From assembly GCA_964588195.1 (NCBI GenBank), contig CAZPOL010000008.1, forward strand, positions 9,801-73,800: 64,000 nucleotides of DNA, written 5' to 3'. This document shows positions 37,336 through 46,805 of this stretch, one piece after another. Position 1 is the first letter of the stretch. Each line of letters begins with the position of its first letter. A program made the translations under genes and the position numbers. The notes beneath the pieces are model-generated. The model was given only the letters and a program-made list of their open reading frames with translations. It was not told the origin of the DNA and did not search any database. Origin of the DNA: an uncultured Pirellulaceae bacterium. Its GTDB lineage: Bacteria > Planctomycetota > Planctomycetia > Pirellulales > Pirellulaceae.

Positions 37336-39258
37336 CTAGCCGTCACTCTTTTCTTCCTCTTCGGACTTTTCGGTCTCGTTGCCATCTGAGGATTCTCTTT
37401 GGCGGCGTTGTCGGCGATTCGGACGTGGTGCTCGAGCGAGTTCCACGTTGACGGTCATCTCTTCGTCGCCACGCATAATGACAACTTCCAGCTCGTCACC
37501 GGGGCGATTGTCGACCAGCACTTTGTTCAGCTCGTCGCGGTCAGAGATTTCTTCGCCATTGATCGTCAGGATGACATCACCTGCCTGAAGACCGGCCTTG
37601 GCGGCTGGTGCTTCTTCCGGAGCTTCATCAATCCGTGGACCTCTTTCGTCGGCTTCGTAATCCAGGCGAACGCCAAAGTAAGAAGGGCGTGGGCCACGAG
37701 TTCGACGGCCTCCGACTTGAACAAATTCAGGTCTGGTTTCGGCGTCTGCCAATCCGCGAATCAGGCGTTCGGTGTAATCGACGACTCGTATGGCACCTGG
37801 AATGTTCAGGGTTGAGTAATCGTCTTCGGGAGTGTGGTAGATGTTGGTCAAGCCGGTGTGCAAGAACATTACCGGAATACCACGAGCGACAAAGGCCATG
37901 TGGTCGGAACCGGCCGATGCACTGGCGACTTTGTTCAATTCCAGCGGATCCATCGGATCGTTGGCTGAATCCAGGATTCCATCGAAACTGTCTCCTGTAC
38001 CTGCGCCGAAGATGGTCAGCTTGTCTTCACGAAGTCGGCCGATCATGTCGTAGTTGATCATGGTCGCGGTGTCTTCGAGTTTGAACAGTGGGTTGCGAAC
38101 GTAATAGGCGCTTCCCAACAAACCACGCTCTTCACCACTAAACGCGATGAAAACCAGAGTTCGGCCGGGCTTGTTTTCGCCTTGAGCAAAGCGGCGTGCC
38201 AGTTCAACCAGGCCGGCAGTTCCAGTGGCATTGTCATCGGCACCGTTGTGAACTTCGCGACGGCCAGGAGCGTTGGATCCGTATCCACCGTATCCAAGGT
38301 GGTCGTAGTGTCCACCGATCACAATCACTTCGTCAGCGTTTGGACCCTCACCTTCTACAATGCCAACCACATTCGATGTGGTGACGGCGTTATTTGTAAA
38401 GGCGCTGGCCCCGGAGACTTTGACGCCCTCGATAACCTGTGAAATAGGTTCCAGGTTTTCGTCGATCATGGCTTCGATGTCGTCCAGTTTGCTCAGTTTT
38501 TTGCCGGTAGCAGTGGCGATCGGAGCCTTTTCCAGGATGCTTTCCAGGGCCTCGCGTTTCATGTGGAAGAACGGAATGTTTTCTTCTTCCGGTCCAAACT
38601 GGCTGATTTGAGCCAATTCGTCCGAACTGCGTACGCCGTCGTTTACCAGAATCATTCCAATCGCACCGGCGCCCATTGCGTGTTCCAGTTTACGGACGAT
38701 TGAGGCGTGTCGCGGACTTTCGGTACCATCAAAAACGCTGTCTGGATCATTTTGTTGAGGCTCCATTCTCAATACGACAACCAGTTTGCCATCGCAGTCC
38801 AGGTCTTTGTAGTCGTCGTAGTTGTAGTCGTCGGCTCGAATTCCGTATCCTGCGAAAACGAGTTCAACGTCCTTGAACTCTCCTCCTCCACCACTCAATA
38901 GAGGGCGGAAGTGTGTATCGATTTCGGCCTTCATATCCACCGCCCCACTGAATACCAGCGAAGTGGCTTCTTTGTCGGCGACGGTGCCCATGTTGACTTT
39001 AAAGTCCTGGCGGTAGGTGCCATCGTCTCCACCAGGTTCGACGCCGAATTCTTTCCAGGTATCGATGATGTAAGTGGCGGCCAACTCGATTCCCGCGGTA
39101 CCGGGTTCACGACCTTCCAATTCATCCGATGCCAGGTACTTGATATCAGCATCCAGCCTTTGATCAGGTGTTGGCCCGGTTTGGGCAAACGCCGGCGACG
39201 AACTGACTATCGTCAGGGTCGCAGTTAATACGAAAAGACAAACTTTCAAACTTTTCAC
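37336..39258 (-). CDS. secreted M28-family aminopeptidase with PA and C-terminal PDZ domains
   Basis: M28 blocks GGHYDHLGYG, NGADDNATGTAGLVELARRF and FIAFSGEERGLLGSAYY. PDZ-like GLQAGDVILTINGEEISDRDELNKVL. E/K-rich tail. I chose the GTG at 39258 because AGGAGG lies 6 nt upstream and it gives the signal peptide VKSLKVCLFVLTATLTIVSSSPAFAQ. The longest ORF extends to 39342. Confidence 0.88.
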   Translation of the reverse strand: MKSLKVCLFVLTATLTIVSSSPAFAQTGPTPDQRLDADIKYLASDELEGREPGTAGIELAATYIIDTWKEFGVEPGGDDGTYRQDFKVNMGTVADKEATSLVFSGAVDMKAEIDTHFRPLLSGGGGEFKDVELVFAGYGIRADDYNYDDYKDLDCDGKLVVVLRMEPQQNDPDSVFDGTESPRHASIVRKLEHAMGAGAIGMILVNDGVRSSDELAQISQFGPEEENIPFFHMKREALESILEKAPIATATGKKLSKLDDIEAMIDENLEPISQVIEGVKVSGASAFTNNAVTTSNVVGIVEGEGPNADEVIVIGGHYDHLGYGGYGSNAPGRREVHNGADDNATGTAGLVELARRFAQGENKPGRTLVFIAFSGEERGLLGSAYYVRNPLFKLEDTATMINYDMIGRLREDKLTIFGAGTGDSFDGILDSANDPMDPLELNKVASASAGSDHMAFVARGIPVMFLHTGLTNIYHTPEDDYSTLNIPGAIRVVDYTERLIRGLADAETRPEFVQVGGRRTRGPRPSYFGVRLDYEADERGPRIDEAPEEAPAAKAGLQAGDVILTINGEEISDRDELNKVLVDNRPGDELEVVIMRGDEEMTVNVELARAPRPNRRQRRQRESSDGNETEKSEEEEKSDG

Positions 39259-39984
39259 TCGAGGCCTCCTGGGTAAACACCACTGGCGTTCACAAGCATT
39301 GGTAAAATTCAACTGTTGGAATGGTTCTTTGAACAACGACAATTCCCCAATCTAGCAACTGGGAATCACTCAGTCATCTCGCAAACGCGGGAAAACAGCA
39401 GAGTGACAAGGAATTTCCCGATTCGAGTCAGAACAGATCGTTGTCCGCAATGGATATGTTACCGCCCGCACGAAAGCCTTGTGCCTGTGGCGTTCACTTT
39501 GTCGGGCTTCACCCGTCCCGGATTATTGAGGGTTCGGCGTTGAATTTGTCGGCTATTGCGGTTGTGAAAGTCGTTCACATTGCGGATTTTACAGGGCAAT
39601 CCGAGTGCCATTCCGGCGTCAATCCACGCCAAAACGCCTTCAAAGAAATGCCATCGCAAGGTAAACTTAGTCCCTTGATTCGGCGAGGTAACTACGACTT
39701 TTCTTGCGTGTTATCCTCCCGCTCACCGAGATCTGATTCTGTCCAGGGCCCGCACATGGTCGACCGTTGCCAACGGTGACCCTGATCGAGTCGGTGTTCC
39801 GATGCAGTTCTCGCCTGCCGAACATCGAAATGCGTCGAGTCAATCGAGTGTTTGGGCCAACCGCCCAGGCGATTCAATTTGAATCGTAGCAAGTTTGACT
39901 TGACGAATGGTTACAGGAACGCCACCGGTACCCTCCGGCCGAACCTGCCTTTTTAGGGCCCATGGCCAGCAAGGAAACGCCTAA

Positions 39985-41967
39985 ATGAATGAACAAGCTG
40001 AAATGACGACACAGACATACAATAAACTGGACCTGTTGAAGCTGATGTACCTCAGTCGCGAGGGTGATCGGCGCGAAGGCATCCTGCATCGCCAAAGCAA
40101 GGGCTGGTTTCAGGTTGCCGGAATGGGCCACGAGGCTTTGGCCGTCGTGTCGATGCTGTTGGAAGAAGACGATTATCTGTTCCCGTACTACCGTGACCGC
40201 GCAATGGTGTTGGCTCGTGGAGTCCAGAACTCGGAACTGGCCACGGTCTACTTTGCCAAGAAGGGCAGCAGCAGCGGCGGTCGCCAGATGCCGGGCCACT
40301 ATTCTCACCGCGAAAAAAATGTTTGGTCCGTCCCAACGCCGACCGGTGCCAACGCATTGCCGGCCTGTGGTGTGGCTTGGTCGATGCAGATGAAGGGACT
40401 CAAGAATATTGCCGTCGCTACGGTTGGTGACGCCGCGTCACGCCAAGGCGAGTTCTACGAAGCGATCGCCTTCGCCGTCGAACGCAATTTGCCCGTCGTC
40501 TTCATCGTGGAGGACAACCAGTACGGCATCAGTACCAACACGACCAAGTTCAATCCGTTCCGCTTGGGTATCTTCAATGAAGACATCCCGGTAACGCAAG
40601 TCGACGCACGTCACCCGGATCGCATATTCGAAGCCGTGGCTCCGGCCATCGAAAAAGCCCGGAATGGCGGCGGTCCTACGGTGCTGTGGTGCCACGTCGA
40701 TCGTTTGTGTAGCCACACCAGCAGCGACGATCACCGCGTTTACCGACCTCAAGAAGAGATTGATGCGATGGCCGATCGCGACCCGATTGTGGTGGTCGCC
40801 AAGGAATTGATTGCGGCTGGTGAGCTGACCGAAGAAGATTGGGAAGCAGCCAAGGAAGAGATCAATACTCGCGTCGACAAGGAATATCAGGACGCCGAGC
40901 ACGAAGAGGACCCTTCAGCGGACGAGCTGTTGAAGCACATGTTCGGCCCTGATCCGACTCCCGAGCCGCCTCCGCTGGAAGGTGGCAAGCGTTGGCGAAT
41001 GGTGGACGCACTGAATTCAGTATTCAAGAAGGCTTTGGAACAGGACGATCGACACGTCTTCTTTGGTGAAGACATCGAGGACCCGAAGGGCGGCGTGTTC
41101 GGTTTGACCTCCGGGTTGTCCGACGCTCACCCGGAACGCGTCTTCAATTCGCCGCTGGCCGAAGCAACGATCATGGGTGTAGGCTGCGGCATGGCCAGTT
41201 ACGGCATGCGTCCGGTTTTCGAATTGCAGTTCGTCGACTTCGTCGGTCCGGGCTGGAACCAGATCAGCCAAAACCTGGCGACGCTCAGTTGGCGGACTTA
41301 CGGAAATTGGAAGTGCCCAATGGTGTTGTACGCTCCCTACGGTGCCTACCTTCCCGGTGGATCGATTTGGCACTCGCAAGCCAACGAATCGATGTTCGCT
41401 CACATTCCCGGTTTACGAGTCGTCGTGCCCAGCACGCCCGAAGACGCGGCCGGTTTGATCTGGACTTCGATGAAGGCAGAAGACCCAACGATCTTCTTGA
41501 TCCCCAAGCACTTGTTCCGTTTGCAGATGGAGGTTCCAGAACAGGTTCCTGCAGTTGGTTTCGGTTCCGCCAGGATTCGTCAGGAAGGCGACGATGTGAC
41601 CGTAGTGACGTGGGGCAATTGTATTGAGCAATCGTTGGCCGCCGCGAAACAGTTGGAGGGTGAAGCGTCTGTCGAAGTGATTGACTTGCGCAGCATCGTG
41701 CCGTGGGACAAGCAAACCATTCTCGAGTCATTGGAAAAAACAGGCCGCCTGGTCGTCGTTCAGGAAGATGGACGCACCAGCAGCATTGGCCAAATGATCA
41801 TCAGCGAAATTGCTGGTGATCCGGATAGCTGGTCGTTCTTCTTTAGTGCACCACAATTGGTTGCCAAGCAGGACGTCCACATTGGATACAACCCGATTTA
41901 TGAATACGCTGCGTTGCCGAGCACCGAACAGGTTGTCGATGCGATTCGGTTGACGATGGAGGACTAA
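39985..41967 (+). CDS. 2-oxoacid dehydrogenase E1 component, fused alpha/beta subunits (TPP-dependent)
   Basis: The N-terminal half carries E1-alpha features: GMGHEALAVV, YYRDRA, and the TPP motif GDAASRQGEFYEAIAFAVERNLPVVFIVEDNQYGIST. The C-terminal half is E1-beta/transketolase-like: FGEDIEDPKGGVFGLT, FNSPLAEATIMGVGCGMA, and IDLRSIVPWD. Confidence 0.9.
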   Translation: MNEQAEMTTQTYNKLDLLKLMYLSREGDRREGILHRQSKGWFQVAGMGHEALAVVSMLLEEDDYLFPYYRDRAMVLARGVQNSELATVYFAKKGSSSGGRQMPGHYSHREKNVWSVPTPTGANALPACGVAWSMQMKGLKNIAVATVGDAASRQGEFYEAIAFAVERNLPVVFIVEDNQYGISTNTTKFNPFRLGIFNEDIPVTQVDARHPDRIFEAVAPAIEKARNGGGPTVLWCHVDRLCSHTSSDDHRVYRPQEEIDAMADRDPIVVVAKELIAAGELTEEDWEAAKEEINTRVDKEYQDAEHEEDPSADELLKHMFGPDPTPEPPPLEGGKRWRMVDALNSVFKKALEQDDRHVFFGEDIEDPKGGVFGLTSGLSDAHPERVFNSPLAEATIMGVGCGMASYGMRPVFELQFVDFVGPGWNQISQNLATLSWRTYGNWKCPMVLYAPYGAYLPGGSIWHSQANESMFAHIPGLRVVVPSTPEDAAGLIWTSMKAEDPTIFLIPKHLFRLQMEVPEQVPAVGFGSARIRQEGDDVTVVTWGNCIEQSLAAAKQLEGEASVEVIDLRSIVPWDKQTILESLEKTGRLVVVQEDGRTSSIGQMIISEIAGDPDSWSFFFSAPQLVAKQDVHIGYNPIYEYAALPSTEQVVDAIRLTMED

Positions 41968-41972
41968 ACAAT

Positions 41973-43172
41973 ATGCCGGTAATCTCAGTTCGAATTCCCC
42001 AGCTTGGCGAAGGCTTGCAGGAGGCCCTGTTGGTCGACTTCCTGAAGAAGCCGGGCGACATGATTAAACGTGACGAACCGATTTACGTAATGGAAACCGA
42101 CAAGGCGACCACGGACGTAGAATCGCCCTACGAAGGAAAGCTGGTCGAATGGACCGTGGAAACCGGGACGGTGCTGGAGATCGGTGCCGAAGTTGGCAAG
42201 ATGGAAGTCGCCGAAGGCGTCAAGGAAATGGCCGCTGGTCATGGACCTCCGCCCGCCGAATCCGCCAAGCCTGAACCCGTTGCCGCCGTGGCGGCGCCTG
42301 TCAAAACAGGCTCGGCCGTCCGACGCGCCAAGGTTGCGATTCCGCCGAGGACTCGCAAGTACCTGAAGGAAAAAGGGCTGATGGATGTCGCCGATCAGAT
42401 TCCGGCCGACGGTTCCAAGTTGATGCCCGACGACATCGACCGGTTTATTGCCGCCGGTGGAGCCGCTGCAGGTTCTGCGGATGGCGGATCGGGTGAAGCG
42501 TTCGATCAGGTCGACTTGCCCAAATCACAAATCGTTTTGAATTATCGATTGTCACGCGGAACTCAGGTTTGCGTTCCTGTCACCGTGATGAACGAAATCG
42601 AATGGGGTGGTCTGGAAAAGACTCGAGCCGAGGTCAAGCAATCCGGCGGACCGACTTCGTTCGCCATGAGTTGCTGGTGCGTCGTGCAGGCGATGAAGAA
42701 GCACGACAAATTCCGCAGTGCTTTGACGATTGATGGCAAGGCGCTTAAGGTCTTCAAGCGAATCAATCTTGGAGTCGCCGTCGCATTGCCAGGCGATGAA
42801 ATGGTGACGGCCGTGATCCGTGGTGCCAACGAAATGGACCAGTCCGCATTCTTCAAAGCGTTTGTGGATACGGTTGTTTCAGCACGCGATGGCAAGGATC
42901 AGGCCGACGAGTCGACGACCATTACGGTTTCCAATATCGGGAAGGCAGGAATGCGTATCGGCATCCCCGCCATCGTTGCACCCGCTGTTGCGACATTGGC
43001 CATCGGTGAAACTTATTCGCACCCGGTACCCAAAGGTGACGATGGGTTCGAATTCAAACGTATGGTCATGGCAACGCTCAGCTTCGATCACCGAATTGCC
43101 AACGGTGTCGGCGCTGCAAACTTCCTGGCCGACATCCGCTCGGAAATCGAGTCATACAAGTACGCGAAGTAG
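41973..43172 (+). CDS. dihydrolipoamide acyltransferase E2 component
   Basis: Lipoyl domain with METDKATTDVESP (lipoyl-Lys). A/P-rich linker. PSBD-like IPPRTRKYLKEKGL. Catalytic domain with SFDHRIANGVGAANFL (DHRxxDG-type motif). It starts 5 nt after the E1 stop. Confidence 0.9.
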   Translation: MPVISVRIPQLGEGLQEALLVDFLKKPGDMIKRDEPIYVMETDKATTDVESPYEGKLVEWTVETGTVLEIGAEVGKMEVAEGVKEMAAGHGPPPAESAKPEPVAAVAAPVKTGSAVRRAKVAIPPRTRKYLKEKGLMDVADQIPADGSKLMPDDIDRFIAAGGAAAGSADGGSGEAFDQVDLPKSQIVLNYRLSRGTQVCVPVTVMNEIEWGGLEKTRAEVKQSGGPTSFAMSCWCVVQAMKKHDKFRSALTIDGKALKVFKRINLGVAVALPGDEMVTAVIRGANEMDQSAFFKAFVDTVVSARDGKDQADESTTITVSNIGKAGMRIGIPAIVAPAVATLAIGETYSHPVPKGDDGFEFKRMVMATLSFDHRIANGVGAANFLADIRSEIESYKYAK

Positions 43173-43359
43173 CTTTGGCTGCTAACACAGTCGCAATCGA
43201 ATTTTTCTCCAGCCGTCTTTGCTCTGTTCATTGTCCGAGGTCCACACAGGATCGGGAACGTGCCCAGCGCCAAGGCGGCTGGTTCGATTCAGGCTCTACA
43301 GAATCCTGTCTTCACGGCGTATAATACGTTGAATTCGTCAATCATTCTCCGGGGTCGGC

Positions 43360-44841
43360 ATGTCTCAAGTCACTACGCAACCGCCTGAAACTCAATCCAC
43401 CGCTCAAACGCAGACCTCCGGAAGTCAGAGTGGTAATGCACCGCCCCGAAAGAAAGGGCTGGGGTGCTGTTTGATGAAGTTGTGCTTGCTGTTGCTTTTG
43501 GTCGCGGGCGGGTTAGCCGCTGGCTTCCTGGTCAACCGGAACAAATCTGACGAGAATTTCAACGCCTACATTGAAGAAGCGATTGCTGGCGGAACGGCGT
43601 TGACGGTCGAGGAGGTGGTTGAAAAAGAGTATGGACCAACAAACCGCACTCTGGATACCAGCAAAGATTGGCAGGTAGCCATCGATGGTTTTGGCTCCGA
43701 AGAATATCGCCAGGCGATCGAAGGCGTGCCTTACGTCGGAGTCAATGTGCCGCTTCGCTGGCCGCCTACCAGTTGGAACGAACTTGACGCATCGAAACGG
43801 TTTCTACGAGACCACCGCCGTCTGTTGTTGCAATTGCAATTGGCTTGTTCCGGTACTGCTGTTTGGCAAGTGGAACCGATTGAAAAGAACGAACTGCCCG
43901 CCGAATCGATCGATGCTTTGAACAAAGCCTGGGATTGTTTGGTGTTGAGTTGTTATGTTTCGGCTCACGAACGACAACTCGAAGATTTGGTGATCCGATT
44001 GGTTAGCTGTCTAAACTTTGGTGGCTGTCTTGCGCTGCACCCGTCCCATCAATTGCAACGACTGGAATTTGAACAACGCGGCATGGAGTTGTTGTTTGCA
44101 GCACTTGGTCAAATCGAATTCAACGAGCGGGAACTTGAGAAGCTGCGGAATGCCGTTAACAGGAACGTCGATTGGAAGCCAATCCGGTCAATGCTGCGTT
44201 ATCAACGAGCGATTCGGTTGACGATGTACAATGATCTGGAAAATTTTCGCAAGTCTTGGCTGTTCAAGGAAATGCAGGAGAATCCGCAGCAGGCCGAGTT
44301 CATCAAGAACCTGGACATCAACATGAAGTACTCGCCCTTCTCCGGCGATGATGCGGTTCAGTTTCTTGAGCATATGAATTCAATTGAGTCGCTGCTGGAA
44401 GGTAACCCGGTCGAACAAGCGATCGCCGTGGCGGACAAAGAGCAGGAGATCTGGAATAGCACTCCTTCCGGGTTAGAGAAATACAAAAAGCCGACCGCTC
44501 ATTCGATGGTTCCGAGAATGAGCGACCTGGTCAAGGCAACGGGTGATGTTGTTGCGGCTCGAAATGCTCTGTTGGCTGCACTGGCCGTCGATCGATATCG
44601 ATTTGTAAACCAGGTCTTCCCGGACTCGCTGCAACAGGCCAGCGATGAATTCTTGAGCGAGCTGCCGTTGGACTTGTACACCGGAGAGCCAATTCGGATG
44701 AAGGGGTCGCAGCGGCAGTTGTACGTGATGAGCCTCGGCCCCAACAAAACCGATGACAATCTGCAAGGCGACGATATTGGAATGCTGTTGAAGCTTCAGA
44801 AATGGAACGCGTTGACTCGTGGAGCACAGGAAACTGATTGA
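43360..44841 (+). CDS. membrane-anchored hypothetical protein
   Basis: 493-aa ORF with a T/Q/S-rich N-terminus followed by a TM (CLMKLCLLLLLVAGGLAAGFLV). The remainder is helical. No family recognised. Confidence 0.6.
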   Translation: MSQVTTQPPETQSTAQTQTSGSQSGNAPPRKKGLGCCLMKLCLLLLLVAGGLAAGFLVNRNKSDENFNAYIEEAIAGGTALTVEEVVEKEYGPTNRTLDTSKDWQVAIDGFGSEEYRQAIEGVPYVGVNVPLRWPPTSWNELDASKRFLRDHRRLLLQLQLACSGTAVWQVEPIEKNELPAESIDALNKAWDCLVLSCYVSAHERQLEDLVIRLVSCLNFGGCLALHPSHQLQRLEFEQRGMELLFAALGQIEFNERELEKLRNAVNRNVDWKPIRSMLRYQRAIRLTMYNDLENFRKSWLFKEMQENPQQAEFIKNLDINMKYSPFSGDDAVQFLEHMNSIESLLEGNPVEQAIAVADKEQEIWNSTPSGLEKYKKPTAHSMVPRMSDLVKATGDVVAARNALLAALAVDRYRFVNQVFPDSLQQASDEFLSELPLDLYTGEPIRMKGSQRQLYVMSLGPNKTDDNLQGDDIGMLLKLQKWNALTRGAQETD

Positions 44842-44908
44842 GGCTGGTTCCATCCGTTGACCACACAGGTTCTGACCTGTTGAGATTTCATGATCAAGAA
44901 ATCGCGTT

Positions 44909-45412
44909 CTATTCGGTGGCTCCGAACTGTTTTAACAGCGCAACGCGATCAATGGCTGTGTGGCGAGTTGCGGTCGACAATGGAGTGGCATCGTTGCCAG
45001 ACCTGGCATTCGGATCGGCACCATGTTCCAGTAACAGTCGCAATACATCGATGCCTCCCTCCCACGCAGCAAGCACAATGGGCGGTGTCATTTCATGGTT
45101 GTTTTCGTAACCGAGTGCATGAACATCCGCACCATGTTCCAACAGCATTCGCGTCATCTGCACATTGCCATGAAATACGGCATGATGAAGTGCCGGAGTA
45201 TCTCGTTTTTCGTCAGCCGCGACTTTCACCTTCGTTTTGTTTTGCCAAACCTGTTCGTTAAGCAGCGTGGCGTCTCCGAGTATCCTGGCATTGGCAAGAG
45301 CAGGCTCCGCTTGCAACATCGTCCGGACACGTTCCAGATCGTTCGAGCGAACCGCGTCAAAAAAATTTCGGTGAAGATTGGGGTCCATATAGGTGCTCGC
45401 TGGGCTGGGCAA
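44909..45412 (-). CDS. ankyrin-repeat protein
   Basis: Repeats TPALHHAVFHGNVQMTRMLLEHGADVHA, TPPIVLAAWEGGIDVLRLLLEHGADPNA and ATPLSTA... match the ANK consensus. Confidence 0.85.
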   Translation of the reverse strand: MPSPASTYMDPNLHRNFFDAVRSNDLERVRTMLQAEPALANARILGDATLLNEQVWQNKTKVKVAADEKRDTPALHHAVFHGNVQMTRMLLEHGADVHALGYENNHEMTPPIVLAAWEGGIDVLRLLLEHGADPNARSGNDATPLSTATRHTAIDRVALLKQFGATE

Positions 45413-45630
45413 GTTCGCTCTGGCTTGTTGGGGTTGAACAATTGATTTCGTAGCTGGGCTCGCCAGAGCTCAGGGGCACTGATGATTCGCCCGAAGTCTG
45501 ACGACATCGGCTACGTTCGCGGCTTGTATTTAACAAGCAAGCATCAAACCAGAAACGAATTATAGCAAAGATTAATCAGTACCCGTCCTGGGCATGTGAT
45601 TGTATATCGCTATCGAGCACGACCTGCATC

Positions 45631-45667
45631 AAAAAGAAAAAGCCCTGGACCATACGATCCAGGGCTT
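45631..45667 (-). terminator. rho-independent terminator of the PEP-CTERM gene
   Basis: Minus strand: agccctgga-tcgtatgg-tccagggct (9-bp stem) followed by ttttcttttt. It lies ~60 nt after the stop at 45730. Confidence 0.7.
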
Positions 45668-45729
45668 CGCTTTATTGTGTTTTGGTCACTAATCGGCCAG
45701 CGGAAAGCCAGGCGATCGAACCGTTAGCT

Positions 45730-46386
45730 TTAGACAGTCTTGCGACGTCGCATCAGGGCAATTCCACTCGCTCCCAAAGCCAGAAGGCCCAGGCTGCCTG
45801 GCTCAGGAATCGCTGCAGGTTGCTCGAAGTGAGCCGCAGCACCGGCGACGTCTTCGTAAGCGTAATTCACGATCGTGATGACGTTGGATGTTGCCAGTCC
45901 GCCCGCGTTTGGGTTTGGGTCATCTGAAATAGCTACTTCGACAAATCCAAAGTGAGTGCTGCCAGCGATGTCGAATTGGACGGCCAGAAAGTTAGTGGTT
46001 CCGGCTGTGAATTGGCTGCCAACGAATCCAGCGCCATCCCAAAGGTAACCAGTGTTTATGAATGATCCACCAGCCGAAGCGCTGGTGCTGGAAGCTCCTG
46101 CGATGGCGTAGATGCCAGCTCCGCCGATCATGTTTGCTCCAAGACCAGTTACTGATGCAACTGCGTATTGCGTTCCGGAGAATCCACCATCCGCATCGTG
46201 AAGGAATTGAACGTCAAGTGTACCGTCGTTATCAAGGTCAAGATCGAGTGTCGTATCGTTGACAACGGAACCCGGGGCAAGGTTTCCTGAGTTAAAGACC
46301 AGGTCGGCTTCAACGGATTGAGTCATGCCCACTAACGCACTGCCTGAAGCAGCATAGGCCAGAATTTTTTTCTTTGAGATAGCCAA
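45730..46386 (-). CDS. PEP-CTERM sorting-domain protein
   Basis: Signal peptide MAISKKKILAYAASGSALVGMTQSVEA. G/S/A-rich beta-like body. C-terminus IPEPGSLGLLALGASGIALMRRRKTV. Confidence 0.85.
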   Translation of the reverse strand: MAISKKKILAYAASGSALVGMTQSVEADLVFNSGNLAPGSVVNDTTLDLDLDNDGTLDVQFLHDADGGFSGTQYAVASVTGLGANMIGGAGIYAIAGASSTSASAGGSFINTGYLWDGAGFVGSQFTAGTTNFLAVQFDIAGSTHFGFVEVAISDDPNPNAGGLATSNVITIVNYAYEDVAGAAAHFEQPAAIPEPGSLGLLALGASGIALMRRRKTV

Positions 46387-46805
46387 CTGAATTCTCCGCT
46401 AGGCTTGAATTGAAGGGAATGATTCTTTGGGGAAGTACTTGCTTTCTTCAAGGGAAATATAAATCTCAGTTGGGTGTGTCGCTTCGGATCTTACGGCATT
46501 AATCCAGGATTACCCGCGATGGGCTTCAAAAAAGTTTGCTCATTCGGAATATCCGAATTTTGCGTTAACAGGTAGCTAATCAGCGTTCGCATTCCCTGGC
46601 CATTCAAGTCATACAATCGTTCGATTGGAAAGACGCTTGCCCAGTATGTCCAAACGGTCAACCTGTTGGACCAGGAAGACGTTACAGGTGGTCGCATCAT
46701 TCGGGCGATAAAGGACGGTAAGCCGTTGTGTTGTTGCGCAAAAGATCATATCGATTGATTGATCTTTGAGTATGGACCTCTTTCAGATCATTTTCGGATA
46801 ACCGA

